Shown: in pieces, positions 20,301 to 28,155 of the stretch | Position numbering within the stretch: position 1 is the stretch's first letter | How the letters are laid out: each line of letters begins with the position of its first letter | Assembly (NCBI GenBank): GCA_963814955.1 | Contig: CAWFEX010000004.1 | Span: forward strand, 201,486-265,485 | DNA length: 64,000 nucleotides | Source: an uncultured Acidobacteriota bacterium | Lineage (GTDB): Bacteria > Acidobacteriota > Vicinamibacteria > Vicinamibacterales > UBA2999 | Reading direction: 5' to 3' | The notes under the pieces: generated by a model | What the model saw: the letters and a program-made list of their open reading frames with translations, nothing else | The model's database searches: none | What the model was told of the DNA's origin: nothing | Position numbers and translations under genes: made by a program

Positions 20301-20359
20301 TCGGGGATTGTGGTGCCTGAGGAGGGAATCGAACCCACACGCCGGGTGACCGGCGGGAG
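20301..20359 (-). repeat. tRNA-Leu 3'-half fragment (att-like direct repeat)
   Basis: TGGTGCCTGAGGAGGGAATCGAACCCACACGCCGGGTGACCGGCGGGAGATTTTGAGTC is identical to 24421-24479. The two sequences diverge at the next base, and no 5' half of a tRNA follows. Confidence 0.9.
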
Positions 20360-20680
20360 ATTTTGAGTCCCACTCCACGCCGAAACGACCGATCGCGGCG
20401 ATGCACAAAAACCGGACGAATCACGGAAGGGCGAACTCGGCGCGGCCTTTCAAGCGCACGCGTTAGTCGGCGACAAGCTGCGCGCCTGGCGTGCGGAAAA
20501 TGCACGCGAGTCGGTCGAAGCCAGGCGCGACAGCATCTTGCGAAGGCACACGTTGCGCACGATGAACACCCGCGACAACGTGCTGGCTGCGGCGCGCTTA
20601 TTCAACCTTGAACAATTACTTACCCGCGCGGTAGTAAAGGCCGCGCTTCAAACAGAAGAAACAGAAAGGTAGGAAACAAG

Positions 20681-20842
20681 ATGGGTGTGCCACGTTCACA
20701 CGAGGATGCTGCCAAGAAAAACAGGGGCGGCCAACGATCGCTCGCGAAGTGCACCAACAGAAGCGCAAGGCCGCGTTAAAGGATCCAGGCGCCGATCGCA
20801 GCAAGGAAAATGTTGACAAGGCCAAGCGCGGCGAGTGGAAGT
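20681..20842 (+). CDS. candidate small basic protein (frame broken in an A5 run at 20720-20724)
   Basis: MGVPRSHEDAAKK then shifts frame to ...KQGRPTIAREVHQQKRKAALKDPGADRSKENVDKAKRGEWK*. One extra A in the run would give a 54-aa ORF. Confidence 0.3.
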
Positions 20843-21028
20843 GACATCGGAAGTGAGGGGCAAGCCATCACTTTTGGATTCGGTTCGGGCCCCTCAGCGC
20901 GTGGTGGTTACGCGTCGTTTCAACCGAACCGGATCCCTTTTTTAGGCTGTCCGCTAATTTGAGTACAGCGGTTGTGCTGACGATGCCGTTGCGGTACATT
21001 CGGGTCCCCCAACCGGGAGGCATGTCAC

Positions 21029-21752
21029 GTGGCAATCACCGTCACCGTGAAGGGCGCGATCCCGCAGCGACGGCCGCTCTACATCGCGTTGAGCGCGCTC
21101 ATGGCGCTGATCGTTGCTGTGGGGTTCTGGCCGACGTATTACGGGCCGCTTGTTCGCCTGACGCTCGCACAACCGCCGCTCATCCACGTTCACGCGATCG
21201 TGTTCACTGGATGGCTGGCGCTGTTCTCGGCGCAAGCGGTGTTCGCGGCGAATGGCCGACTCCGATGGCATCTGCGACTCGGCCGTATCGGCATCGCCTA
21301 TGGCGTGCTACTCGTCATCGTGGGACTGACAACGGGAGTCTTGCGATCAGCAGCGCTGCCGCGTGGAGGGCAGGCCGAAGAGCTGCTGTATGTTGCCTTC
21401 GTCGACATGCTGGTGTTCGCGAGCTTCTTCGGTGCGGCCATCCGGTTCCGGCGGCGACCCGACGTGCACAAGAAACTAATGACCGTCGCCGCGACCACGC
21501 TGCTGGTGGCCGCGGTGGGCCGGAATCCGTATCTGCCGGCACTCCCGCGGTCTTGCAGCCATGTTTCTCGTTTGGTCGTCGCCGGTGCTGCTGGCTGCCG
21601 TGTACGACTGGCGACACAATCGCGGTGTGCATCCGGTGTATGTCGCCGGTCTTGTGGCGTTTGCATTTCGCATGTGGAGCGAGCCGCTCGCGCTGACGTC
21701 CACGTGGAGCGCGTTCGCAACGTTCGTGTTTCGCAGTGCGTCGTCGCTGTAG
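21029..21752 (+). CDS. integral membrane protein, hypothetical; frame broken near 21544-21551
   Basis: ORF 21029..21916 reads sensibly for about 170 aa (six hydrophobic helices, HVHAIVFTGWLALFSAQAVF) and then turns Arg-rich. The sensible C-terminus MFLVWSSPVLLAAVYDWRHNRGVHPVYVAGLVAFAF... is ORF 21561..21752. Confidence 0.6.
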
Positions 21753-22429
21753 TGGGCCCGCGGATCCCGCTGATCGACCCCGTCCATCAAGCCGTGTTGC
21801 GCACACAAGGGCAAGCCAAACTGCTGCAGCCATGGCCGCATGTTGCGGCCAGGCCGCGCGGGCCAGCTGGGGCGTCCCGAGGGGACCTGGTCGACGATTC
21901 CGGTCGCCAATCCTGAGGGACGATTGTTTCCCTCCGGCGCGGATCCGACCAGCGCCATTCGACTCGGGTGCCGCGAATGCGCAAATGCAGGCTCGCTCAT
22001 GGCGAGCCATAGACACGCCCGACAGTCGTCAGTCACGTCCCGACTCGCCGTTAGTTCGTCGGGAACGGGAACGAGTCCTGCCGGGCGCGCCATTCCAACG
22101 TTTTGGGCGCGCCACCCCGCTCCGCTTTGGTATCTGTTCGTTTTCGGATGGATGAAAACCGTCGGCTTGTTGCGCAAACTCCGCCACCGCGGGAAGCGCG
22201 GGGAGCTCCCTCTGGTCGCGTACCTGCCCCCGTGCAGTTGTCGAACCCCGGCAGGAACCATGCGAGCGCCGGATAACCGGCCTGCCAGGCGAGCTAGAGT
22301 GCGATAAGGTCGCGGACGCCGCGAGACAGACGCGACGGATGGTGAACGAGGGGGTGTTCACCGTAGCGGCCGGCGAGAATCACACGGCCGCCAACCGGAT
22401 GTCAAACGGATTACCATTCATCCAACCGC

Positions 22430-24037
22430 ATGGCTCAAGCCGTCCACAGCAGGGGCGCCATCTCCGTCACGGCGGAATTCCTTAGCACTCTTCGAGGCTT
22501 CCTTCGAACCCCGATCGGGCCGGACGAGTGTCGCGACCGGCTTCGAGCGGGGCTCGCCCAACGCGAAGCCGCCGTGCTTCGGTTGTTTCGCGAGCTGATG
22601 ATCGCCGAGTCACCCATGCCGTACCGGAGGCTCTTCGACCATGCCGGCCTCACGATGGGCGACCTCGACGCACTCGTGCGCGCCGAGGGCGCGTGCGGCG
22701 CGCTCGTGCGCATACACGAGGCCGGCGTGTTCGTGACCCTCGACGAGTTCAAGGGGCGGCGTCCCATTCAGCGGGGTTCGCTCAGTCTGGCCGTCGAGGC
22801 GAGTGATTTCGACAACCGCACGGTGGTGTCCGGTTTCCTCGCCCGAACGGGCGGCTCGCGGAGCGCCGGCACGCCTCTCCTGATCGATCTAGACCTGGTA
22901 GCCCACGAAGCGTGCTACGAGTGGATGGCGGCCGCTGCGTTCGAGCGCGTAGGGGCGCTCCGTGCGCTCTGGCGGCCCGTCCCGCCAGGGACGGCTGGCC
23001 TCAAGCACGCGCTTCGCTTTGCCAAGATCGGCCAGCCGGTGGAGCGGTGGTTCTCGCAGCATCCCGTGTGGGCCGGCCGCGAGTGGCGACACTCCCTGTT
23101 CACGGCGGGAACGATGCTCGCAAGCCGCATCGCAGGCCGAGGTTTGGCGTGGCCCGAGCATGTGCCCGCGTCCGAAGCCACGACGATCGCTCGATGGATG
23201 GCCCAGCAGAAGGCGAGAGGGCGCCCGCCCGTCCTCCACACCAACGCAGCATCGGGCGTTCGCGTGTGCCAGGCCAGCCGCGCGGCAGGCCTGGACATCA
23301 GCGGATCGTTCTTCGGCGTGGGCGGAGAACCCTACACCGAGGCCAAGGCCGCCGCGATTGCCGACGCGGGCTGCCTGGCGGCCTCCATCTACTCGATGTC
23401 CGAAGTGGGCCGGATCGCGACACCTTGCGCGGATCCGGCGGCGCCAGACGACGCGCATGTGGCGATCGACAAGGTGGTGCTCGTGTCACGCGATACCCGC
23501 GTGGGAGGCGCGGCAACCCCCGTTCCCGCACTGTTCCTCACGGCGCTCCATCCGTCGACGCCGAAGGTCATGCTCAACGTTGAATTGGGTGACTATGCCA
23601 CGGTGACGAACCGGGTGTGCCGGTGCCCGTGGAGCGCGCTCGGATTCACGGTCCATGTGAGCGGGATCCGAAGTTATGAGAAGCTGACGGCCGAAGGCAT
23701 GCACTTCATCGGCGCCCATCTGTTGACGCTCATCGAACACACCCTGCCCGCGACGTTCGGCGGCAGCGCGGTCGACTATCAACTCGTCGAGGACGAACGC
23801 GCGGGCGTGCCGTTCGTGTCGCTCGTCGTGAGTCCCGGGATTGGCGATCTCGACGAGTCGCGACTGCGCGAGCACGTGTTGGCCGAGCTCGGGCGCGACG
23901 AGGCAGCTCTGCGGATGATGGCGGGCCGTTGGCGCGACGCGGGGACGCTCCGGGTCGAGCGGCGCGACCCGTTCCTGACCCCGGCTGGGAAGGTGCTGGC
24001 TCTGCATGTACAACAACGGGGGCGCCGCGATGCGTAA
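22430..24037 (+). CDS. PaaK/coenzyme-F390-synthetase-like adenylate-forming enzyme (divergent)
   Basis: The layout resembles phenylacetate-CoA ligase-type ANL enzymes. SPMPYRRLFDHAGLTMGDLDAL matches the N-terminal region. TGGSRSAGTP sits where the SSGTTGxP loop is expected. IYSMSEVG, ELGDYATV, CRCPW...VSGIRSYEKLTAEGMHF and a distal TPAGKVL are also present. Confidence 0.5.
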   Translation: MAQAVHSRGAISVTAEFLSTLRGFLRTPIGPDECRDRLRAGLAQREAAVLRLFRELMIAESPMPYRRLFDHAGLTMGDLDALVRAEGACGALVRIHEAGVFVTLDEFKGRRPIQRGSLSLAVEASDFDNRTVVSGFLARTGGSRSAGTPLLIDLDLVAHEACYEWMAAAAFERVGALRALWRPVPPGTAGLKHALRFAKIGQPVERWFSQHPVWAGREWRHSLFTAGTMLASRIAGRGLAWPEHVPASEATTIARWMAQQKARGRPPVLHTNAASGVRVCQASRAAGLDISGSFFGVGGEPYTEAKAAAIADAGCLAASIYSMSEVGRIATPCADPAAPDDAHVAIDKVVLVSRDTRVGGAATPVPALFLTALHPSTPKVMLNVELGDYATVTNRVCRCPWSALGFTVHVSGIRSYEKLTAEGMHFIGAHLLTLIEHTLPATFGGSAVDYQLVEDERAGVPFVSLVVSPGIGDLDESRLREHVLAELGRDEAALRMMAGRWRDAGTLRVERRDPFLTPAGKVLALHVQQRGRRDA

Positions 24038-24177
24038 TTTCCGGCTACGGCGTTCGGCTTCGGACGCGTGCCATCGACGGCCGCGATTGTCCGGACTGGC
24101 TGGGCCTTCCACCAGGTCGCTTGGCGGGCACGTGCGAAGCCTGTTGTTCGGAAAGCTGCTGTCTGACGTTTTAGTGA

Positions 24178-24399
24178 TCTGGAGAGCAGATTCCCCGGTT
24201 TCCCCGGGCCAATTGTGCAACCGTGACGGACTGAGGAACGGACACCAAGACACGGTCGGTGTTCGACCGCTATGACATCGTCAATCAATTGGAATTGCGA
24301 TCAGGTGTGACGAAGCTCGGCGCCACGATGGTTGAGGGGACAAAACAGGGACAATCGACCAATCAAGGCAAGGTGCGGCGGATCCGCACTGCGCGCTGA
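24178..24399 (+). pseudogene. remnant of a tyrosine recombinase (integrase) C-terminus
   Basis: Frame 1 reads SGEQIPRFPRANCATVTD*GTDTKTRSVFDRYDIVNQLELRSGVTKL...*. KTRSVFDRY(N/D)IV is the catalytic-Tyr end motif of many phage-type integrases. In-frame stops lie at 24172-24177 and 24232-24234, and no N-terminal part is present. Confidence 0.55.
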
Positions 24400-24420
24400 C
24401 TTTTACTTTCCTTAGGAATT

Positions 24421-24509
24421 TGGTGCCTGAGGAGGGAATCGAACCCACACGCCGGGTGACCGGCGGGAGATTTTGAGTCTCCTGCGTCTGCCAGTTCCGC
24501 CACTCAGGC
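24421..24509 (-). tRNA. tRNA-Leu (anticodon CAA), CCA encoded
   Basis: The reverse complement is GCCTGAGTGGCGGAACTGGCAGACGCAGGAGACTCAAAATCTCCCGCCGGTCACCCGGCGTGTGGGTTCGATTCCCTCCTCAGGCACCA. It has a 7-bp acceptor stem, anticodon loop CTCAAAA, a long variable arm and a GGTTCGATTCC T-loop. Confidence 0.92.
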
Positions 24510-24634
24510 CCGAAGTAAGCGATCCAATTCTATCAACGACTTACGCCGATTGTTGCACGGGCGTAATGCTTGCTTGGGTGCCTTTGTCCCCGCGTTTTGT
24601 CCCTGGCATCGATTTTCGCTCTGATCGCTCTGAA

Positions 24635-24907
24635 TCACAGGCCACATTCCAAAAAGCCGACCTGCAGCGATTCAGGCTTGATCCAGTAGGGTTTCGTGGC
24701 TCCACCCACTCCGCGCACTTGGACCCAGGCCCCGCTGATAGCCTCGACTTGGAACCGTTCTCCGGGACTCAATCCCCGAATAGTGCAAACCGGCTGTCCG
24801 ATTTTGAAGATCGGCGGCAAGTTACTTTCCTGGGCGGTCAATGGGAAAGTCGCTGCGGCAGAGTATCCAAGTAGCAATCCGACGCCGAGAACAAGCACTC
24901 TTGTCAT
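24635..24907 (-). CDS. small secreted protein, hypothetical
   Basis: The ATG is preceded by AAGGAGAAAC. Signal peptide MTRVLVLGVGLLLGYSAAA, followed by a short beta-rich body. Confidence 0.6.
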   Translation of the reverse strand: MTRVLVLGVGLLLGYSAAATFPLTAQESNLPPIFKIGQPVCTIRGLSPGERFQVEAISGAWVQVRGVGGATKPYWIKPESLQVGFLECGL

Positions 24908-25040
24908 GAGTTTCTCCTTATCCGGCCGCTTGCGAAATCACCGCCCATCGTAATATGTGCCGCTTCGGGAATCTCAGACATCGCCTTCAATGTGAGCCAC
25001 CGTTGATCCGTTCCAAGCTCTGCAGTAGGATCGGCATCCC

Positions 25041-25235
25041 ATGGTTCCCGCGATGGTGCCAGACGACGACCTCGTCCTGGTGCTCACCTGTCCAGAATGT
25101 GAGCACGCGCACTCCCGCATCTCCATGCGCAGTCAAACCATCCTGACGGTGAAGTGCCGCCAGTGTCAGCACTCTTGGTCCACCCTGATCGCCACGTTGC
25201 CAGAATCCGTCCTGAAGCAATTGCCCCCGCATTAG
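25041..25235 (+). CDS. zinc-ribbon small protein, hypothetical
   Basis: 64 aa with CPEC...CRQC (two CxxC pairs) and high third-position GC. Confidence 0.5.
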   Translation: MVPAMVPDDDLVLVLTCPECEHAHSRISMRSQTILTVKCRQCQHSWSTLIATLPESVLKQLPPH

Positions 25236-25688
25236 TGGTTAGTGGGTATTACCGTCGTGCTGGAAAGCGGATCCGTTGAACCCGAGCGAATGGGGTTGTA
25301 GAATTGCCGCCCCCCCGCCGGCCGATGGTCCCGACGGTGCACAACCGGAGGCCGTCGCCTGAAAGCTTCTCGTTAATTGCCCCGATACTTTGGTGACCGA
25401 CGCCCACGAGTTGCGACACTCGCTCCGTTCCGCAGGTGGGTCAGGTGTATGTGGCGGACGCGCGGCTTTCACGAAGTGGATTTGCATACTGGTCGCTGCC
25501 GCTACTGCAAACGGCCGTGGACGGTGGTGAATCTCCCGTTAAACGTCGCTTGAGCATGCGCAACTCGTAACCGCTCGTATTTCATTGGCGGTTTGCCCTC
25601 CAGTCACTCCGAGCTTTCGCTGTCCGTCGCATCGGCGCGGACGGCACGCTTCCACACAGGTCGGAGGTAGCCGTGATTTAATTCGCGC

Positions 25689-26090
25689 GTGATATTCCTT
25701 CAACAGACGCGCCACAAAGCTTCGAGCGTGACGCTCTTCTTGTTACTGGCATCATGTGCTCTCGCGCAGTCACAACGACCACAAGAACAACCCAGTCCCG
25801 GCGGCGCTGAGCAACCAGCCGCACCCGATCCACGCGGCACTGAAGGGTCGCCGCTCATCGTCAGGATTCAACCAACCCCGCAGACTGACGAGGAAGCCGC
25901 CAAAGAACAAGCACAAATAGAACAGCAGGAGTCGGCCCAACGGTGGACGAAAGGGTTGGGCATCGCGACCGGCATTCTCGGCGTGCTCCAACTCATTGCT
26001 ATCGGCTTTCAGGTTGGTATTCGATCGTGTCTTGATTCAGCCGACCGAAGCTGCCCTCAGTGGCTGAAGCCTTCTTCCGATTACACGTGA
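25689..26090 (+). CDS. hypothetical exported/membrane protein (3' end overlaps the HNH gene, possibly truncated)
   Basis: GTG start. A lipobox-like signal (LLLASCALAQ), a Pro/Gln/Glu-rich linker, then a hydrophobic helix (GLGIATGILGVLQLIAIGF). Confidence 0.35.
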   Translation: MIFLQQTRHKASSVTLFLLLASCALAQSQRPQEQPSPGGAEQPAAPDPRGTEGSPLIVRIQPTPQTDEEAAKEQAQIEQQESAQRWTKGLGIATGILGVLQLIAIGFQVGIRSCLDSADRSCPQWLKPSSDYT

Positions 26091-26406
26091 GGTAGCACGG
26101 GCGCCATCCGCTCTTGTCCCAAAAGATGCGTGCATTCCCCTTTGCTGCAATCGCGTGATCAATCGCTTCAGCCTCGACGCGCTCACCTCGACGTGAGCAG
26201 TAGAAACGAAATCGGTTCTCCGGCTTTGACAGAAACTCCGCGCGCTCCGTTTTCCATCGCGCGGATCCGTGAAGTTGCGAATAATTCCGACGCTGTTTCC
26301 GATCTCGTTCGTACTGGCGTTCATGCTCGGCACATCTCGAGGTTCGGCCTGTCGAGCGTCGTGAGCAGGGCCATACCGAACAGGGGCTAGTCGGCAAACT
26401 AGGCAT
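25999..26406 (-). CDS. HNH endonuclease, phage type, with degenerate metal-binding motifs
   Basis: ATG at 26406. MPSLPTSPCSVWPC...RCAEHERQYERDRKQRRN...RWKTERAEFL...AIDHAIA..ARIFWDKSGWRPCYLTCNRKKASATEGSFG parallels the phage HNH layout PC..C...C..H..., VDHI, FWD..NWQ.LC..CH..KT..E.GGFG. Here CxxC has become CSRRG and CHxxK has become CNRKK. Confidence 0.7.
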   Translation of the reverse strand: MPSLPTSPCSVWPCSRRSTGRTSRCAEHERQYERDRKQRRNYSQLHGSARWKTERAEFLSKPENRFRFYCSRRGERVEAEAIDHAIAAKGNARIFWDKSGWRPCYLTCNRKKASATEGSFGRLNQDTIEYQPESR

Positions 26407-26782
26407 AACCGCGCCCCGAAAGTGCTGGCGATGCCGCCGCGGGACCACGGGACGACGGCGCAGGGCTTGCTGCGTGCAGCTTAGAGCGTGCGATATGGCT
26501 GACGTCTTGCGCGTCAAGTTCAACCCCCGATGGGGTTGGAGCAAACACGAGGCACAGGAAACCGGCGAACCGCCGGACTCGCCTGATGTCGAACGCCCAC
26601 CCGATCAGGATCTTCCGGTCTCGGATGAAGAGCGGGGCGATATACCCAGTAGCCCAGACGCTCTCCCGTTTACAGGCGAAGACGTTGAGGACGTGGGTCC
26701 GCCCCGGAAGCGGGATCGCCCACCGCCTATGTGAGCCTTCAAATTCATTCTTCAGCGGACAGAGACAATCCGCCCACGTCAT
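26399..26782 (-). CDS. hypothetical protein upstream of and overlapping the HNH gene
   Basis: ATG at 26782 (MTWADCLCPLKNEFEGSHRRW...). Third-position GC is about three quarters by hand count, which favours this strand over the plus-strand ORF 26474..26734. The 8-nt overlap with the HNH start suggests translational coupling. Confidence 0.45.
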   Translation of the reverse strand: MTWADCLCPLKNEFEGSHRRWAIPLPGRTHVLNVFACKRESVWATGYIAPLFIRDRKILIGWAFDIRRVRRFAGFLCLVFAPTPSGVELDAQDVSHIARSKLHAASPAPSSRGPAAASPALSGRGYA

Positions 26783-26847
26783 CGCGAGCACACTCGAGCC
26801 GCGACCATAACGAGCAAGAAGATCGCGGTGCCAATCAGAAGTTCCAT
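26779..26847 (-). CDS. candidate 22-aa hydrophobic micropeptide
   Basis: GGGAG, then 4 nt, then ATG at 26847. The product is MELLIGTAIFLLVMVAARVCSR*. Its TGA overlaps the next ATG (ATGA). Confidence 0.2.
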   Translation of the reverse strand: MELLIGTAIFLLVMVAARVCSR

Positions 26848-26951
26848 CTCACTCCCATCGGCAAGTGGCCGGTTCTCTCGCTCGCCTCGTCCTCTGGCGT
26901 TAGACTATGACCCTCCCCGATCGGTTCTCGTTGCAGACACAAGAGGGAGAC

Positions 26952-27447
26952 ATGCGCAATACACTCGCTCTCGTCGTTGGTCTCGCGATACTGGTCGGCT
27001 GCCTTGCATTGGCTAACGCTCAGTCCAACGCCTCGCAGCTGGAGGGCGCGTGGGCCGTACAGGAGGTCACCGCTCCCAAACCGATCCAGCCGAATCCGCC
27101 GAAGAAGCCAACCGGTTTGGTTGTGTTTTCCGGACGGCACTACGCGCTTTCCGCGACCGACGTCACCCGTCCAGATTTCGCAGAGGGTGGTCCGCCGCAA
27201 GGCCACGGCCGACCAATTGCGCGCCACGTGGGGACCGGTACAGTCGGAGGCAGGAACGTTCACCGTCACGGGCAACACCATCCGGTTCACGAGAGTTGTA
27301 GCGAAGGGGCCTGCTGCGGTGGCGTCGGGAAACTTCGTTGAACGATCCTTCATGCTGAAGGGTGACACGCTCGTGGTAACCGATGTGCGGAACCAGAACG
27401 GACCTATCGAAAATCCCATAACGGTGCGGCTTACACGGGCGAAGTAG
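26952..27447 (+). CDS. lipocalin-like secreted protein; frame broken near 27192-27202
   Basis: RBS AAGAGGGAGA, then MRNTLALVVGLAILVGCLALANAQSNASQLEGAWAV...GLVVFSGRHYALSATDVTRPDFAEGG (ORF 26907..). It continues in ORF 26977..27447 as KATADQLRATWGPVQSEAGTFTVTGNTIRF...FMLKGDTLVV. Confidence 0.6.
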
Positions 27448-27811
27448 AGTCTCCGGAGGCGTGCGCACACATTTCATGGCTGACGCCGGTGCGTCGGCGT
27501 GAAATACGCGCTGGCTATCACTCCTCATGGCTGGCGCCTTAAGTCGGCCGGCGCGGTATTCGCCACGGCTCTTCTTATGTCGCGAGTTGAGATCGGCGGC
27601 GGGCGACTTCGTGCTGGGGCCTTTTTTTGCGACGACACTTCCGAGCCCCGGAATGCAGCTCGAGTCGAGGTCAGATCCCCGTAACCGCTGAAAGCGCAAC
27701 GAGTTCAGCGTCGTGATCGTCGCGCCAGGGGGCGCGGGACTACCGAGGCAACGGTCGCGCCATCTCCGGGCGCCGACGCCTGCGTCGGCGTAAATGGTTG
27801 CATCACGTCAC

Positions 27812-28012
27812 TTACGCGGCTGCAGCGATGTGGATTTCGTCGAAGGACCAGGGGCTGGGGTGCGTACCACCGTGGGACACGACGTGTCGATACTTGTCGT
27901 TCCAGTCTGGCGCGGTCACATGCGGGTGAAGAAAGTGTCCCGATTCGATCCACCTCCTCACCGGCAAGCCCCGGAAGTGACAACTATCACCGTGAGTGTT
28001 CCAACATGGCAC
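27812..28012 (-). CDS. hypothetical His/Trp-rich small protein
   Basis: GTG start, 66 aa (PCWNTHGDSCHFRG...HPHVTAPDWNDKYRHVVSHGGTHPSPWSFDEIHI), with fairly high third-position GC. Confidence 0.3.
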   Translation of the reverse strand: MPCWNTHGDSCHFRGLPVRRWIESGHFLHPHVTAPDWNDKYRHVVSHGGTHPSPWSFDEIHIAAAA

Positions 28013-28155
28013 GCACGGCGGTAGTTGCGCGTCGCGCTAATCCCACCTCACGGCGGAAAGAAATCCCAAGCCGCACAGCAACTTACGACGCAGCATCATT
28101 TCCAGGCCGAACGCTGGCGTTGTCATTGCCCCATCCGGGGCAAGGAGTTACCCAG

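Larger units (their letters stand above)
20301..24420. mobile_element. degraded tRNA-Leu-targeted integrative islet (about 4.1 kb)
   Basis: Bounded by an exact 59-nt direct repeat, 20301-20359 and 24421-24479. The second copy is the 3' half of the intact tRNA-Leu. A decayed integrase C-terminus lies next to the tRNA end. Confidence 0.65.

Noticed and set aside
21476-22261. 261-aa minus-strand ORF and several overlapping ORFs in the islet interior.
   Set aside because: They have no motif and no codon-bias signal, and they overlap one another in several frames. The region is treated as non-coding or eroded (see finding).
26474-26734. 86-aa plus-strand ORF (acidic and Pro-rich) opposite the 127-aa minus-strand ORF.
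   Set aside because: Hand-counted third-position GC favours the minus-strand frame, as does its start/stop coupling to the HNH gene and the micropeptide. The plus-strand product is low-complexity.
27163-27699. 178-aa minus-strand ORF overlapping the lipocalin-like gene.
   Set aside because: It is antisense to a gene with a clear signal peptide, an RBS and family-like sequence, and its own translation is Arg/Ser-rich junk.
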